Virus record (IMG/VR): IMGVR_UViG_3300003937_000384
Span: 1 to 58,345 of that record
Direction: 5' to 3' (one strand)
From: a virus
Lineage: Duplodnaviria; Caudoviricetes
DNA length: 58,345 nt
This document shows, in pieces, positions 44,507-54,463 of this stretch. How positions within the stretch are numbered: position 1 is the stretch's first letter; every line of letters begins with the position of its first letter. The position numbers and the translations under genes were made by a program. The notes beneath the pieces are model-generated. The model was not told the DNA's origin, did no database searches, and saw nothing but the letters and a program-made list of their open reading frames with translations.

Positions 44507-45488
44507 CAACGCGGGCCAGCATTCGCTGGCCGCGAACGAACTGGAAATGACCGAGGGCGAGCGCGCCGCGCTGGCCAGCGCTGACGGTGCCACCCCTGGC
44601 GATGCCGCCGCAGGAACCGGCACCACCGATGCGCCGGCAGCCGACACCGCAACCGCCGCGCCGGCCGCCGAAGGCTCAGCTGTTCCAGCAGCAGCCACTC
44701 CAGCGGACGGTGCAGCGCAGCCTGACGCAGCGGCCGCCGCTGCCGTGGCAGCTGCTGCAGAAGGGACGGCCTCTGCGCCGCCGGCAGCGTCCGAGCCGCC
44801 ACCGGCCACGCCCTTCGTGCCGACCTATGCAGCCGATGAGCGCGACTACGGCAAGGAAATCGGCGAGATCAACGGCAAGCTGCAGGCCCTGAAGGAGAAG
44901 TACAAGGCCGGTGACGTCGAGGATGAGGTGTACGAGCAGCAGTACGAGGATCTGCGCGACGAGCGCAGCCGCGTCGAGCGCGCCCAGGACATTGCCACCC
45001 TGCAGCAGCAGCTCAGCCAGCAGAATGCCGACCAGTCCTGGGCGTACCTGCAGCGCCAGTTCCTCTCCCGCCCGGAAAATGCCGCGATCGCCGCGAGCCC
45101 GATGCGCTTCGCTGCGTGGGAGCAGGCGATGCAGTCGGTGGTTAACGAAGCCGCAGCCGCTGGCCGCCAGCTCACCGACTGGGACATTCTGGCCGGCGCG
45201 CGCGATCTGCTGGTGACCGAGGGCCTGCTGCAGGCTTCCGCTGCCGCGACCGCCCCGCCGGTGGCGCAGGCACCGGCAAAGCCGGATCGTAGCGCGCCGC
45301 TGGGCGATGTGCCGGCCACACTGAGCACGGTACCTGCAGCCGCTGACCCGACCTCCCGATCGACCGCTGACGCTGCGGCTGGAATGGACAACATCGAGGA
45401 CATCGAGTCGTTCCTGGCCGGGAAGTCGGAGAGCGAGCGCGATCGCATCCTGCGTGATGTGCCGGGCTCCTTCGTGGCGGACAACTGA
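44493..45488 (+). CDS. Scaffolding protein
   Basis: Acidic, Ala-rich coiled-coil protein between portal and capsid. Confidence 0.65.
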   Translation: MQQPDNAGQHSLAANELEMTEGERAALASADGATPGDAAAGTGTTDAPAADTATAAPAAEGSAVPAAATPADGAAQPDAAAAAAVAAAAEGTASAPPAASEPPPATPFVPTYAADERDYGKEIGEINGKLQALKEKYKAGDVEDEVYEQQYEDLRDERSRVERAQDIATLQQQLSQQNADQSWAYLQRQFLSRPENAAIAASPMRFAAWEQAMQSVVNEAAAAGRQLTDWDILAGARDLLVTEGLLQASAAATAPPVAQAPAKPDRSAPLGDVPATLSTVPAAADPTSRSTADAAAGMDNIEDIESFLAGKSESERDRILRDVPGSFVADN

Positions 45489-45493
45489 GCCCC

Positions 45494-45709
45494 ATGCCCA
45501 AGCTGCACACCACCCTGGAGCCTGGCGACGTGGTCCTGATCCCGTCGGGGTCAGGCGCGTCGATCACCTTCACCGAGAAGAGCGGCAAGCGCTCGCGGGT
45601 GATCATCGAATCCAACACCCCGGTGACCATCACCCGAGCCGGTGAGCAGCAACCTACTGGCGGCGCACTTCAGCGCGTAGCGCGCCGGCCTACGCCCACA
45701 ACGGGCTGA
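45494..45709 (+). CDS. Small phage protein
   Basis: LEPGD..ITFTEKSGKRSRV. Confidence 0.6.
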   Translation: MPKLHTTLEPGDVVLIPSGSGASITFTEKSGKRSRVIIESNTPVTITRAGEQQPTGGALQRVARRPTPTTG

Positions 45710-45786
45710 ACATCCTCAAAACCTGCGCAGTAGTGCGGGTCAACGACAGAGGCGCAGAAGTGCCGTGATCTCCCTGGAGAAGCAAC

Positions 45787-46896
45787 ATGGCACAGACGAT
45801 CGTGGGTCTGAACGACCCCAAGGCCCGGAAGCTGTGGTCTGCGGACCTCATGGTTTCGGTATCCAAACAGTCCTACTGGACGCGCAAGATGATGGGCAAG
45901 GGCTCGGAGACCTCGATGCCGGTCATGCTGCAGACCGACCTGGAACAGGAAGCGGGCGACACCATCAGCTACGACCTGTCCGTGCAGCTGTCCGGTGGCG
46001 TCATCGAAGGCGACCAGAAGGCCGAGGGAAAGGGCGAGAAGCTCGACTTCTTCACCGACAAGGTCTTCATCGACCAGGCCCGAAAGCCGGTCAGCTGCGG
46101 CGGCCGCATGAGCCGCAAGCGCACCGTCCACGACCTGCGCAAGGTCGGCCGCAACCGCCTGACCGAATTCTGGGCGCGCTTCTACGACGAGCTCTTCTTC
46201 ATGTACGGCTCGGGCGCCCGCGGCATCAACGAGGACTACAACGTCCCGCTGAACTATGCCGGTCGCGCAGGCAACCCGTTCGAGACGCCGGACAGCTCGC
46301 ACATCCTGTTCGGCGACGGCGCCAGCAAGGCATCGCTGACCGCGGCCGGCAAGATGAGCCGTGTCCTCATCGAGCGCGCCAACACCAAGGCCGCTTCGCA
46401 GGGTGGCGGTTCGACCCAGGTGGCCGAGATCCAGCCGATCACCATTGCCGGCGGCGAGCACTTCGTCACCGTCATGCACCCGTTCCAGGCGCATGACCTG
46501 AAGACCTCCACGGATCCGGGCAACTGGCTGGACATCCAGAAGGCGGCTGCAGCTGCCGAAGGTGCCAGCAACCCGATCTTCAAGGACAACCTGGGCATGA
46601 TCGGCAACACGATCCTGCACAAGCACAAGTCCGTGGTGCGCTTCGGGGACTACGGCGCCGGTGGCAACGTTGCAGCGGCTCGCGCGCTGTACCTGGGCCG
46701 CCAGGCCCTGGTGCTGGCCTTCGGCTCGCCGGGCAACGGCCTGCGCTTCGACTGGTCCGAGGTTCCGCTCGACCACGGCAACGACATCGAGATCTGCGCC
46801 GGCGCCATCTTCGGCATCAAGAAGACGCGCTTCAACGGCAAGGACTTCGGCACGATCGCCCTGGATACCGCCGCGGCCGATCCGAACCCGCAGTAA
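45787..46896 (+). CDS. Major capsid protein (N4-gp56/DUF4043 type)
   Basis: DLEQEAGDTISYDL..EG..EKL..IDQAR..MSRKRTVHDLR..GIKKTRF..DFG. Confidence 0.88.
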   Translation: MAQTIVGLNDPKARKLWSADLMVSVSKQSYWTRKMMGKGSETSMPVMLQTDLEQEAGDTISYDLSVQLSGGVIEGDQKAEGKGEKLDFFTDKVFIDQARKPVSCGGRMSRKRTVHDLRKVGRNRLTEFWARFYDELFFMYGSGARGINEDYNVPLNYAGRAGNPFETPDSSHILFGDGASKASLTAAGKMSRVLIERANTKAASQGGGSTQVAEIQPITIAGGEHFVTVMHPFQAHDLKTSTDPGNWLDIQKAAAAAEGASNPIFKDNLGMIGNTILHKHKSVVRFGDYGAGGNVAAARALYLGRQALVLAFGSPGNGLRFDWSEVPLDHGNDIEICAGAIFGIKKTRFNGKDFGTIALDTAAADPNPQ

Positions 46897-46905
46897 GCCT
46901 CACAC

Positions 46906-46933
46906 CAAGAGCCCCGGCATGCCGGGGCTCTTG
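46906..46933 (+). terminator. Hairpin after the capsid gene
   Basis: Perfect palindrome CAAGAGCCCCGGCATGCCGGGGCTCTTG; weak U-tract. Confidence 0.55.
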
Positions 46934-46967
46934 CGTTCAGAACCTACATCCTTCGCAGGAGAAATCC

Positions 46968-47414
46968 ATGTCCACGAAACTCGCAATTGGCCGCAACAGC
47001 GGCGCATCGTCGCCGGCCGCCGGCCTGCTGGTGGTCAACGACTACAGCTGGCCGGTTGAAGCCGGTGCGGATGGCGATCTGGTGCTGATCGGCGAGCTGC
47101 CGGCCAACCACAAGCTGCACAGCCAGGGCTCGGGCCTGTTCGCCAAGCTGGACGCCGGCGGCAAGCTGGCCGCGCAGAACGTCACCATCTTCATCCCCGA
47201 CGCGATCGACGGCGCCTCTGCGGCCGACAATACCGTCATTGCGCCGACCGCAGTGGTTGCCGATACCGCGGCCTTCATCCCGGTGTCCTTGCACCTGATC
47301 GCCGAGGCCCTGGGCTCCAAGCCGGTGAACCGCCCGGTGTACGTGAAGCTCAATACCGCCCCCGGTGCTCAGCAGGGCGAGCTGATCCTGCGCCTGGCTG
47401 CCTTCCCGGCCTGA
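46968..47414 (+). CDS. Capsid decoration-like protein
   Basis: Directly after the major capsid gene; AGGAG RBS. Confidence 0.55.
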   Translation: MSTKLAIGRNSGASSPAAGLLVVNDYSWPVEAGADGDLVLIGELPANHKLHSQGSGLFAKLDAGGKLAAQNVTIFIPDAIDGASAADNTVIAPTAVVADTAAFIPVSLHLIAEALGSKPVNRPVYVKLNTAPGAQQGELILRLAAFPA

Positions 47415-47467
47415 GCCCTCAACCGTAGCGGGGCTGCGGCTGCAGCCCCGCCTACCAGGAGCATCCC

Positions 47468-48028
47468 ATGCTGATTGCATGCAAGTTCAAGCGCCCCAAG
47501 GCGCCTGTTGAGCTCGACGGCAACGTGTACTTCTTCGTGCCGATCGATCCCGCCAATGCCGATTCGGAGCACGTCGCCGACGTCGAGAACTCCGACCACA
47601 TCCAGCGGCTGCTGGGTATCCCGGAGGCCTACTACATCGCCCGGGCCCAGAGCCTGCAGACCGCCACCAAGCCGGTACTGCCGGTCGCCCCCATTGCAGA
47701 GCAGGACCCGCCGCCGCCGGCTGGCAGCAGCACCGGTGCCGGTACCGACGTCGGACGCTCGGACATCACCACCGGCACCGACACCGACACCGGCAACAAC
47801 GAGCCGCCCGCCGGCGCCAACCTGGCTGCCACGCTGCCGCCGGAGATCGTTGAGGCCGCGGCACAACTGAACGGCCTGAGCTGGCAGAAGCTGAAGGCCG
47901 AGTTGGCCAAGGGGGGCATCGCCAAGGTCGTGATCAAGGCTGCCCTCGATCTGGAGCTGGCCAAGCCGGAGCCCGACCAGCGCGGCACCACCCTGAAGGT
48001 GCTGAGCCAGGCGCTCGAGGAAGCCTGA
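47468..48028 (+). CDS. Phage hypothetical protein
   Basis: AGGAG RBS. Confidence 0.7.
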   Translation: MLIACKFKRPKAPVELDGNVYFFVPIDPANADSEHVADVENSDHIQRLLGIPEAYYIARAQSLQTATKPVLPVAPIAEQDPPPPAGSSTGAGTDVGRSDITTGTDTDTGNNEPPAGANLAATLPPEIVEAAAQLNGLSWQKLKAELAKGGIAKVVIKAALDLELAKPEPDQRGTTLKVLSQALEEA

Positions 48029-48029
48029 C

Positions 48030-48710
48030 GTGGAGGCGCGCACCCTCAGCCAGTTGATCGAGGAATGCCGGGAAGAGCTCGACGACGACGTGGCTCCCTA
48101 CCTGTGGAGTGACGCCGCGCTGACCCGGCACCTCAACGAAGCTGTGGAAGAGGCGTGCATTCGGGCGCGGCTGCTCGTGGAGAGCGGCCGCCCCGATATT
48201 TGCCACATCAACCTGGAGCCGGGCCGGGCCGATTACCTGCTTCATCCGACCGTGTACGTGGTCCGGCGCGCGGTGCTGGCCAGCAACCTGTCCGACCCGC
48301 TCTGCAGGATCACCAGCGCCGCCCTGGACGGACGGCACCACCACTGGCGCACCGAGGCAGGGCGCCCGGAATACCTGGTCCGCGATCGACAGGCGCGCGA
48401 GGTGTCGGTGAGCCCGGTGCCTGCGGAAGTCGATGTCCTGCAGCTCACGCTCTGGCGCGTGCCGGAGGCCGCCGAGGCGATGGAAGACAGCGAGGACGAG
48501 CCCGTGATCGATGCCATCCACCACCGGAAGCTGGTGCACTGGGCCTGCTGGCGGGCCCTGAACAAGCGCGATTCAGAGCAGCGCAGCACCGCGGACGCCG
48601 ACCGACACCTCGCACTGTTCGAGAGCTACTTCGGCGAGCGGCCCACCGCGCGCGCGCTGCAGCAGCTGTCGATCGACCCTGCCACCGGCACCCAACCCAT
48701 GTGGTTCTGA
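48030..48710 (+). CDS. Head-tail adaptor-like protein
   Basis: PYLWSD..L..LNEA..HRKLVHWA. Confidence 0.65.
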   Translation: MEARTLSQLIEECREELDDDVAPYLWSDAALTRHLNEAVEEACIRARLLVESGRPDICHINLEPGRADYLLHPTVYVVRRAVLASNLSDPLCRITSAALDGRHHHWRTEAGRPEYLVRDRQAREVSVSPVPAEVDVLQLTLWRVPEAAEAMEDSEDEPVIDAIHHRKLVHWACWRALNKRDSEQRSTADADRHLALFESYFGERPTARALQQLSIDPATGTQPMWF

Positions 48711-48711
48711 C

Positions 48712-50025
48712 ATGCCCGTTCGCGATGAAGATCTCCGCCCAGCAGGCCCCTGGCCCCTGGGCATCAATAACGTGGCCGGAGAAGGGGCGCTGCCGACGGA
48801 TGAGAACGGGATCCCGCGCGCGCTGCGTGAGGCGAACAACGTTGACCTGGACGCCGCCGGTCGGCCGCAACGCCGGCGCGGGCATCAGCGTTTCCGGTCT
48901 GGCGCGCTGACCCATTCGCTGTGGAGCCATGAGCACCTGCAGTACGGGCTCTTTGTCGACGGCGGACAGCTTCATGCCCTGCATGAGGATGAGCGGGCGG
49001 AAGCGCTGGGCATCGACGTAGGCCTGGATCCGCTGAGCTACGCACTGATCGGCGATCGCGTCTTCTTCAACAACAGCACTTCCTGCGGGGTGCTCGACAT
49101 CGACCTGCAGGGGTATTCCTGGTCGCCTGAACACCCCGCGGGCCAGCCGGTACTGGTACCGTCCGCCGCAAGTGCGCTGGCGCCGGGGCAGTACCAGGTG
49201 GCGGTGACCTTCATGGATCGGCTTGGCCGCGAGTCGGGCAGTACGCTGGCCGCGGTGATCGACATTGCCGAGGGCGGCGGGTTCGAGCTGAGGGACATTC
49301 CGCTGCCGGTGGCGCCGGATACGACTTCGGTCGCGGTGTACGTCTCCGGGCCGAACGACCAGGTGCTGCGGCAGTACGTCATCCTGCCGGCCGGCACCCG
49401 CTCGGCGCCGGTGCTGTCTGCCGGCGAGGGCAGGGCGCTGACCACTCAGTTCCTTCGCCCGCTGCCGCCGGGCCACATCGTGCGCGGTGCGCACGGCCGG
49501 CAGTTCGTCGCCTGTGGCCAAGAGGTGCTGTGGTCGGAGGCACTGCGCTACGGCATGTTCCGACCATCAGCCAACCGCATGCGTTTCAATGCGCCGATCG
49601 ACTTGATGGAGCCCATTGGCGATGGGTTGCCGGATGGAGCCGGACTCTTCGTTGCCGCCGGCGCGCGCACCTATTGGTATGCCGGTGCCGATCCCAAGGA
49701 CTTCAGCCAGGTAGTGGCGCGCGGCAGCGGCGCGGTTCCAGGCTCAGCCATGGTCGTCAACGGTGACGTGATCGGGTTGCAGTCCGCCGCGCCGGTGCTG
49801 ATCTGGCTCGCTCGCGACGGCTACTTCTGCATCGGTCTGCCGGGCGGTCAGGTGCAGGTGCTGAAGAAGGGGGAGGCGGTCATCGATGACGCCGACCATG
49901 CCGCGCTGCTGCTCCGCCAGCAGGACGGACTCAGCCAGCTCGTCGCCGCGCTGCGCGCACCGCAAGGCCAGTCGCTGGCGGTCACTGATCGAGCCGTCGC
50001 CCACGTCATCCACCGGGACCCCTGA
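48712..50025 (+). CDS. Tail structural protein
   Basis: GINN..ANNVDLD..G..RRRG; follows the adaptor. Confidence 0.6.
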   Translation: MPVRDEDLRPAGPWPLGINNVAGEGALPTDENGIPRALREANNVDLDAAGRPQRRRGHQRFRSGALTHSLWSHEHLQYGLFVDGGQLHALHEDERAEALGIDVGLDPLSYALIGDRVFFNNSTSCGVLDIDLQGYSWSPEHPAGQPVLVPSAASALAPGQYQVAVTFMDRLGRESGSTLAAVIDIAEGGGFELRDIPLPVAPDTTSVAVYVSGPNDQVLRQYVILPAGTRSAPVLSAGEGRALTTQFLRPLPPGHIVRGAHGRQFVACGQEVLWSEALRYGMFRPSANRMRFNAPIDLMEPIGDGLPDGAGLFVAAGARTYWYAGADPKDFSQVVARGSGAVPGSAMVVNGDVIGLQSAAPVLIWLARDGYFCIGLPGGQVQVLKKGEAVIDDADHAALLLRQQDGLSQLVAALRAPQGQSLAVTDRAVAHVIHRDP

Positions 50026-50028
50026 CCC

Positions 50029-50202
50029 ATGACCTTGTTGGCCAAACCGGACGACGTGAAGCGTCGCCTGGAGATCTGCCGCGCCTGTCCGAACGCCGAG
50101 CGCGTAGGACGTCGCCTTTTTCTGCGCTGCGGCCTCTGCAGCTGCCCCCTGGCAAGCAAGACCCGATTCCAAGGGGCCTCCTGCCCCGCGGGCAAATGGT
50201 AA
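50029..50202 (+). CDS. Small Cys-rich protein (DUF6171-like, 57 aa, not in the ORF track)
   Basis: RRLEICRACP..CGLCSC..KTR..SCPAGKW. Confidence 0.7.
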   Translation: MTLLAKPDDVKRRLEICRACPNAERVGRRLFLRCGLCSCPLASKTRFQGASCPAGKW

Positions 50203-50221
50203 CCACCGAAGGAGCAAATCG

Positions 50222-50854
50222 ATGAACGTCATGAAGGCCCTGCAGTCCCTGGGCGCGGTGGGGCGCGATGCAATTCGCGCGATCCGCCAGCACAAGCACG
50301 AACTGTGCGAATCGGGCATCTACATTCCCGGCGCGCGCGTCAGCATCGGCGGCATCTTCCGCCATGCACACGGACCTGCAGGTGGCGAGTTCGGCCCGTG
50401 GCAGGTTGACCCGAACCGCCTGGTCAACGAAGGCCTGAACTATCTGTTGAACGCCGGCATGGGTGGCAGCAGTCAGCAGACCGCTTTCTACCTGGCCCCC
50501 TTCACGGGAAATGTCACCCCGGCAGCCGACTGGAAGGGCAGCACGTTCAAGGACGTGGCCACCGAATTCACAAGCTACGCCCCGGCGACCCGACTGCCTT
50601 GGACCACGACCCCGTCCACTGCGGAAGCCATTGGCAATACGGCGGCATTGGCGGCAGCGACCTTGACCTATGCCGCGGGCGGTCCCTACAACCTGTACGG
50701 AATTGGGCTGCTGACCGGTTCGGCGAAGGGCGCAACCGCGAACATCCTGATCGCAGCGACCCGGTTCGCGACTCCGCGCACCAACCAGCTCGCTGGCGAC
50801 AAGCTGGCGATCGAGTACGTGCTCTCTGCCAAGGACGGGGGTGACGTCTCGTAA
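50222..50854 (+). CDS. Virion structural protein
   Basis: AAGGAG RBS; NRLVNEGLNYLL. Confidence 0.65.
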   Translation: MNVMKALQSLGAVGRDAIRAIRQHKHELCESGIYIPGARVSIGGIFRHAHGPAGGEFGPWQVDPNRLVNEGLNYLLNAGMGGSSQQTAFYLAPFTGNVTPAADWKGSTFKDVATEFTSYAPATRLPWTTTPSTAEAIGNTAALAAATLTYAAGGPYNLYGIGLLTGSAKGATANILIAATRFATPRTNQLAGDKLAIEYVLSAKDGGDVS

Positions 50855-52755
50855 TGAGCGGCGGGCGCTACACCGGCTGGACGCCGATCGTGGTAGTCGG
50901 TGACCGGACAGCCGCTTCACTGCATGTGCCGGCGGCTCGGAAGCTGCTGGGCTACGTCGTGCAGGAGGCGGCACGGAACGGACTCGGGACCGCCAGTGCG
51001 CGGCAGGAGGCCGATGACGGAACCGTCGTAGTGGCCGAGAAGATCGGTGAACTGACGCGATTGACGATCGTCACGCCGGAGCCTGAGCCGCCGCTCGAGC
51101 CCCTTGATCCCATGGGCGGATTCATCCTGTGGCCTCGCTGGAACGTGCACACCGGCAACCCGGCGGACCGTGGTTCCCTGGTGGATCCTGCCGGGGAGAA
51201 TCCAGCGGCCTGGCTTGAGTTCACCGGTAGAAGCCTCGTGACGCGCTACTGGAGGCGATGGGACGTCGTCGACAACATCAATGGGGCTCGCTACGAGAGC
51301 TATAACCAGCCGCACCTGTATCCCTCCGGCCTGTACTACTTCGGCAACGTCGACTGGAAGGACGGTAAGGATGTGGCTCTGTCGTTCTACGGATATGGGG
51401 CTCGCTACCTTCGGGAGCTGTCGCTCAGCGACGCCGGCGCGCGCTGGATCTTCCAGCAGGGGCAAATCCTCTTCGATCGCGTTGCCTATGCGGACGCGAT
51501 GGTCGAGGCGCCACCCGACTATCTGTCCTGGCGGGTGACATCTGGCTGTCTTCGTAGAGGAGCTGCCGGCCATCAAGAGTTGCTGGTGACCTTCACACAC
51601 TACCTGAACAACCAGCCGACGACGGCTCAATCCGCGTTTGTGGCGTTCAGAGTCAATCGGAATGAGGGAACACCCGAGAAGGGCGATTGGGAGGTCGTGC
51701 AAGGAAGCCATCGCCTCCTGGGCATGACGCCTGGCCGGATCAACCCAGAGGGCGGAACGTCGGCCGACGGCTTCGCGGACTCGGCGCTGCCCTGGTTCTT
51801 CAATGCAGACGGGACCAAGGCGGTTCGGACCGTGAGTAGCGAGCCGACCTTGGCATTCGGCTTGGTGGAGACGATGACGCAGGAGGTGGACATCTCCGAC
51901 GGTGCCATCGACCACAAGCTGACCCAAGCCGAATATCTGATCGGGAACTACACCAACGTGCTTGGGGCCTTTGCGCTCGTGGCGCCAACGCGTGGCTTGG
52001 TGGCCTCGGACTACGCCGGCGTAGAGCGCAAGGATGCCTATCTGGCACTTCGCCTTAGCCAAGGTCAGGTAGCTACCGAGGCAACAGGGTACCGCGGCAC
52101 CTTGCGCGTGCTTGCCGTGCTGGAATTTGACGGCGGGGAGATCCCCCTGATCGATCGGGATTTCACCGTCGGCAATGATCGCCAGGACTATCACCAACTT
52201 GCTTGCATGGATCTGCGCCACAACTTGTTCTGTGGCTGGCGCATCCAAGGCTCCAATGGGGCCCACACCATTCAGCCGTTTGCGTACATGGGCGGCCGCT
52301 TGGTGTATGGCGCAGTCGAGCCGGTTAACTGGGATCCGACCAGTGGACAGCCGGCACCGTTCCTGGGGCTGGATACCAGGCCGCCAGGATTCGTCATCGA
52401 CGGCCTGGTGTTCGGTGCTTACTGGACTGGCGCGGCCGGATCGGGATGGGGGCCGCGCAGAGGCGACCAGCAGGGCGTGATCTGGCGCAAACACCCACGC
52501 GAGGGTCTGATTTTCTTCTCGGCCGCTTCCGGTCTCAGAACGGCAATGGTGCAACGACAGGGCATCAGGGACTTCCTCGGCTTCGATTGGAGTGGGGGAT
52601 GGAACTACTGCAAGGGCCGCTACTGCGTGTCGATCCCCGGGCCCTACACCGGCACGCTCAACTACCTGACGGGCTACGAGCTCGGCGCGGTCACTGGCGT
52701 CACAGCGGACGACCGTCGCTTCTATCCGCTGGCGGCACTGCCGAAACCTATATAG
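50854..52755 (+). CDS. Large tail-associated protein
   Basis: 633-aa ORF with TAATG coupling. Confidence 0.65.
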   Translation: MSGGRYTGWTPIVVVGDRTAASLHVPAARKLLGYVVQEAARNGLGTASARQEADDGTVVVAEKIGELTRLTIVTPEPEPPLEPLDPMGGFILWPRWNVHTGNPADRGSLVDPAGENPAAWLEFTGRSLVTRYWRRWDVVDNINGARYESYNQPHLYPSGLYYFGNVDWKDGKDVALSFYGYGARYLRELSLSDAGARWIFQQGQILFDRVAYADAMVEAPPDYLSWRVTSGCLRRGAAGHQELLVTFTHYLNNQPTTAQSAFVAFRVNRNEGTPEKGDWEVVQGSHRLLGMTPGRINPEGGTSADGFADSALPWFFNADGTKAVRTVSSEPTLAFGLVETMTQEVDISDGAIDHKLTQAEYLIGNYTNVLGAFALVAPTRGLVASDYAGVERKDAYLALRLSQGQVATEATGYRGTLRVLAVLEFDGGEIPLIDRDFTVGNDRQDYHQLACMDLRHNLFCGWRIQGSNGAHTIQPFAYMGGRLVYGAVEPVNWDPTSGQPAPFLGLDTRPPGFVIDGLVFGAYWTGAAGSGWGPRRGDQQGVIWRKHPREGLIFFSAASGLRTAMVQRQGIRDFLGFDWSGGWNYCKGRYCVSIPGPYTGTLNYLTGYELGAVTGVTADDRRFYPLAALPKPI

Positions 52756-52763
52756 GAGCCTTC

Positions 52764-53237
52764 ATGGCGGTCATCACTTCCACCGGGTTCGAAGCATCCC
52801 TGCTTGGGCCCATGTCCTTTGACGCGATCTTCCGGAACGGCTGCATCGAGATTCGCTCTGGCATCCAGCCCGCACGCGCCGACTTGCCACCCACCGGTGA
52901 GCTGCTGGCTCGCATCACCCGCGATGGTGGCCAATGGCAGGCAGGCGCCTCGGCCAACGGGCTTCACTTCGTTCGCAATGGGCGTTACGTCTACAAGGAT
53001 CCGGTGGAGCGCTGGCTCCTACGAGGCATCGCCAACGGCCTGGCCGGATGGTTCCGACTCGTCGGCAACGAGCCGGATCCCGGACAGATGTCCTTCACGG
53101 CACCGCGCATTGATGGCGCGATCGGATTGGATGACGGATCTGCCGGCGACTTCCAGATGCGGCTTCCGACGCTTGCAGTGACTGCCGACACCAGCATCGA
53201 GCTGGGTGATTGGTGGTACGCGATTCCCCCCCTCTGA
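52764..53237 (+). CDS. Virion structural protein (paralogue A)
   Basis: IEIRSGIQPARAD..GWFRL..RIDG. Confidence 0.65.
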   Translation: MAVITSTGFEASLLGPMSFDAIFRNGCIEIRSGIQPARADLPPTGELLARITRDGGQWQAGASANGLHFVRNGRYVYKDPVERWLLRGIANGLAGWFRLVGNEPDPGQMSFTAPRIDGAIGLDDGSAGDFQMRLPTLAVTADTSIELGDWWYAIPPL

Positions 53238-53253
53238 ATCAGGACGACGAATC

Positions 53254-53724
53254 ATGACGATCTCAATTCCTCTTGCTCAGGCGCTGCTGCAGCAGGTCAA
53301 GAGTGCCCTCGATGGTGGCTTCATCTATATCTACGCCGGTCCGGTGCCGGCAACGGCCGACGCCGCCCTGGACATGAGCGGTGCACACACCCAGGTAGCC
53401 AAGCTGGAGGCATCCGGCCAGGGCCTGACCTTCGCCGCTCCGGTAGGCAATGTTCTGCCGAAAAGTCCCTCGGAGGAATGGCAGGGCCTGATCGCGTTCG
53501 AAGGCGCCAATGCGGCCGCTCCGAACCTCTCACCTTCGTTCTATCGATTCTGTGCCAACGGCGATGATGGCCGGGGTGCGACGACCGGCATTCGCTTGCA
53601 GGGGACTGCCGGTGGCCCTGCGTCAAACGCGGCGGTGCTCTTCAGCTCCGACACCGTGGTAGCCAACGGCAGCAACAGCACCGGCATCAGCATCTTCAAT
53701 GTGGTCGCCGACCAGGCCAGCTGA
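53254..53724 (+). CDS. Virion structural protein (paralogue B)
   Basis: IYIYAGPVPATAD..SFYRF..RLQG. Confidence 0.65.
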   Translation: MTISIPLAQALLQQVKSALDGGFIYIYAGPVPATADAALDMSGAHTQVAKLEASGQGLTFAAPVGNVLPKSPSEEWQGLIAFEGANAAAPNLSPSFYRFCANGDDGRGATTGIRLQGTAGGPASNAAVLFSSDTVVANGSNSTGISIFNVVADQAS

Positions 53725-53725
53725 C

Positions 53726-54463
53726 ATGTTGTCCAAGCCGCCGATTGCGACATTCATTCCCCCGAGGCCGGCGAGGGAGGCGCTACCGTACCGGGCGCCG
53801 TATACGGTCTGCGGGGCGGAGCCCGCCAAGGGCTACTGGCGGCAGTCCTGCAGCGAAGGGACGATGGCCGTGCCGAAGGACGGGGCGGTGCAGCTGCCGC
53901 AGAACGCGGTGATTCTGGGCTACGAGCAGTCGGGCGGCGGCAACTACGTCCGATACCAGGTTTGCCGCAGCGTGTTCGTCCAGACGGCCCCCCCAGGGCC
54001 TATCACGTGCACCAGCTACCCGGAGCAGAAGGCGCAACCTGCGTCGCCCAGGATTCCGGGACGCTTCGAGTATGCGGACGTGTTTGCGTGGGACGCCGGA
54101 GCGCGAAGCGACGCCGAGCTCGACGGAGACCTGGCCATGAGGTTGACCATGAATCGAACGGTTGGCGTTGTGGTGGGCCTCTGCACCGATCGGGACCGGC
54201 TGGAAGATCCCGCAGCGATCCTCCATGGGCTCTATTTCCATCAGAGCCAGGGCGGGTCGATGCAGGCCTGTGCAATCGAATCGGGTGCGAAGGTCACCGA
54301 AGTCAGGTCATACACCGCTTCCGATGCCTGGGAGGTCCGCAGGGTGGGCGGGGTGATCGAGTACATGTGCAATGGCGTCGTCTTCTATCGATCGCAGAAA
54401 CGCAGCCATGGCCAGGTGCTGGTCGGCTGCGCCGTCTTCGCCACGGGAGACGTCATCGAATGA
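53726..54463 (+). CDS. Tail-associated protein
   Basis: Coupled ORF. Confidence 0.6.
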   Translation: MLSKPPIATFIPPRPAREALPYRAPYTVCGAEPAKGYWRQSCSEGTMAVPKDGAVQLPQNAVILGYEQSGGGNYVRYQVCRSVFVQTAPPGPITCTSYPEQKAQPASPRIPGRFEYADVFAWDAGARSDAELDGDLAMRLTMNRTVGVVVGLCTDRDRLEDPAAILHGLYFHQSQGGSMQACAIESGAKVTEVRSYTASDAWEVRRVGGVIEYMCNGVVFYRSQKRSHGQVLVGCAVFATGDVIE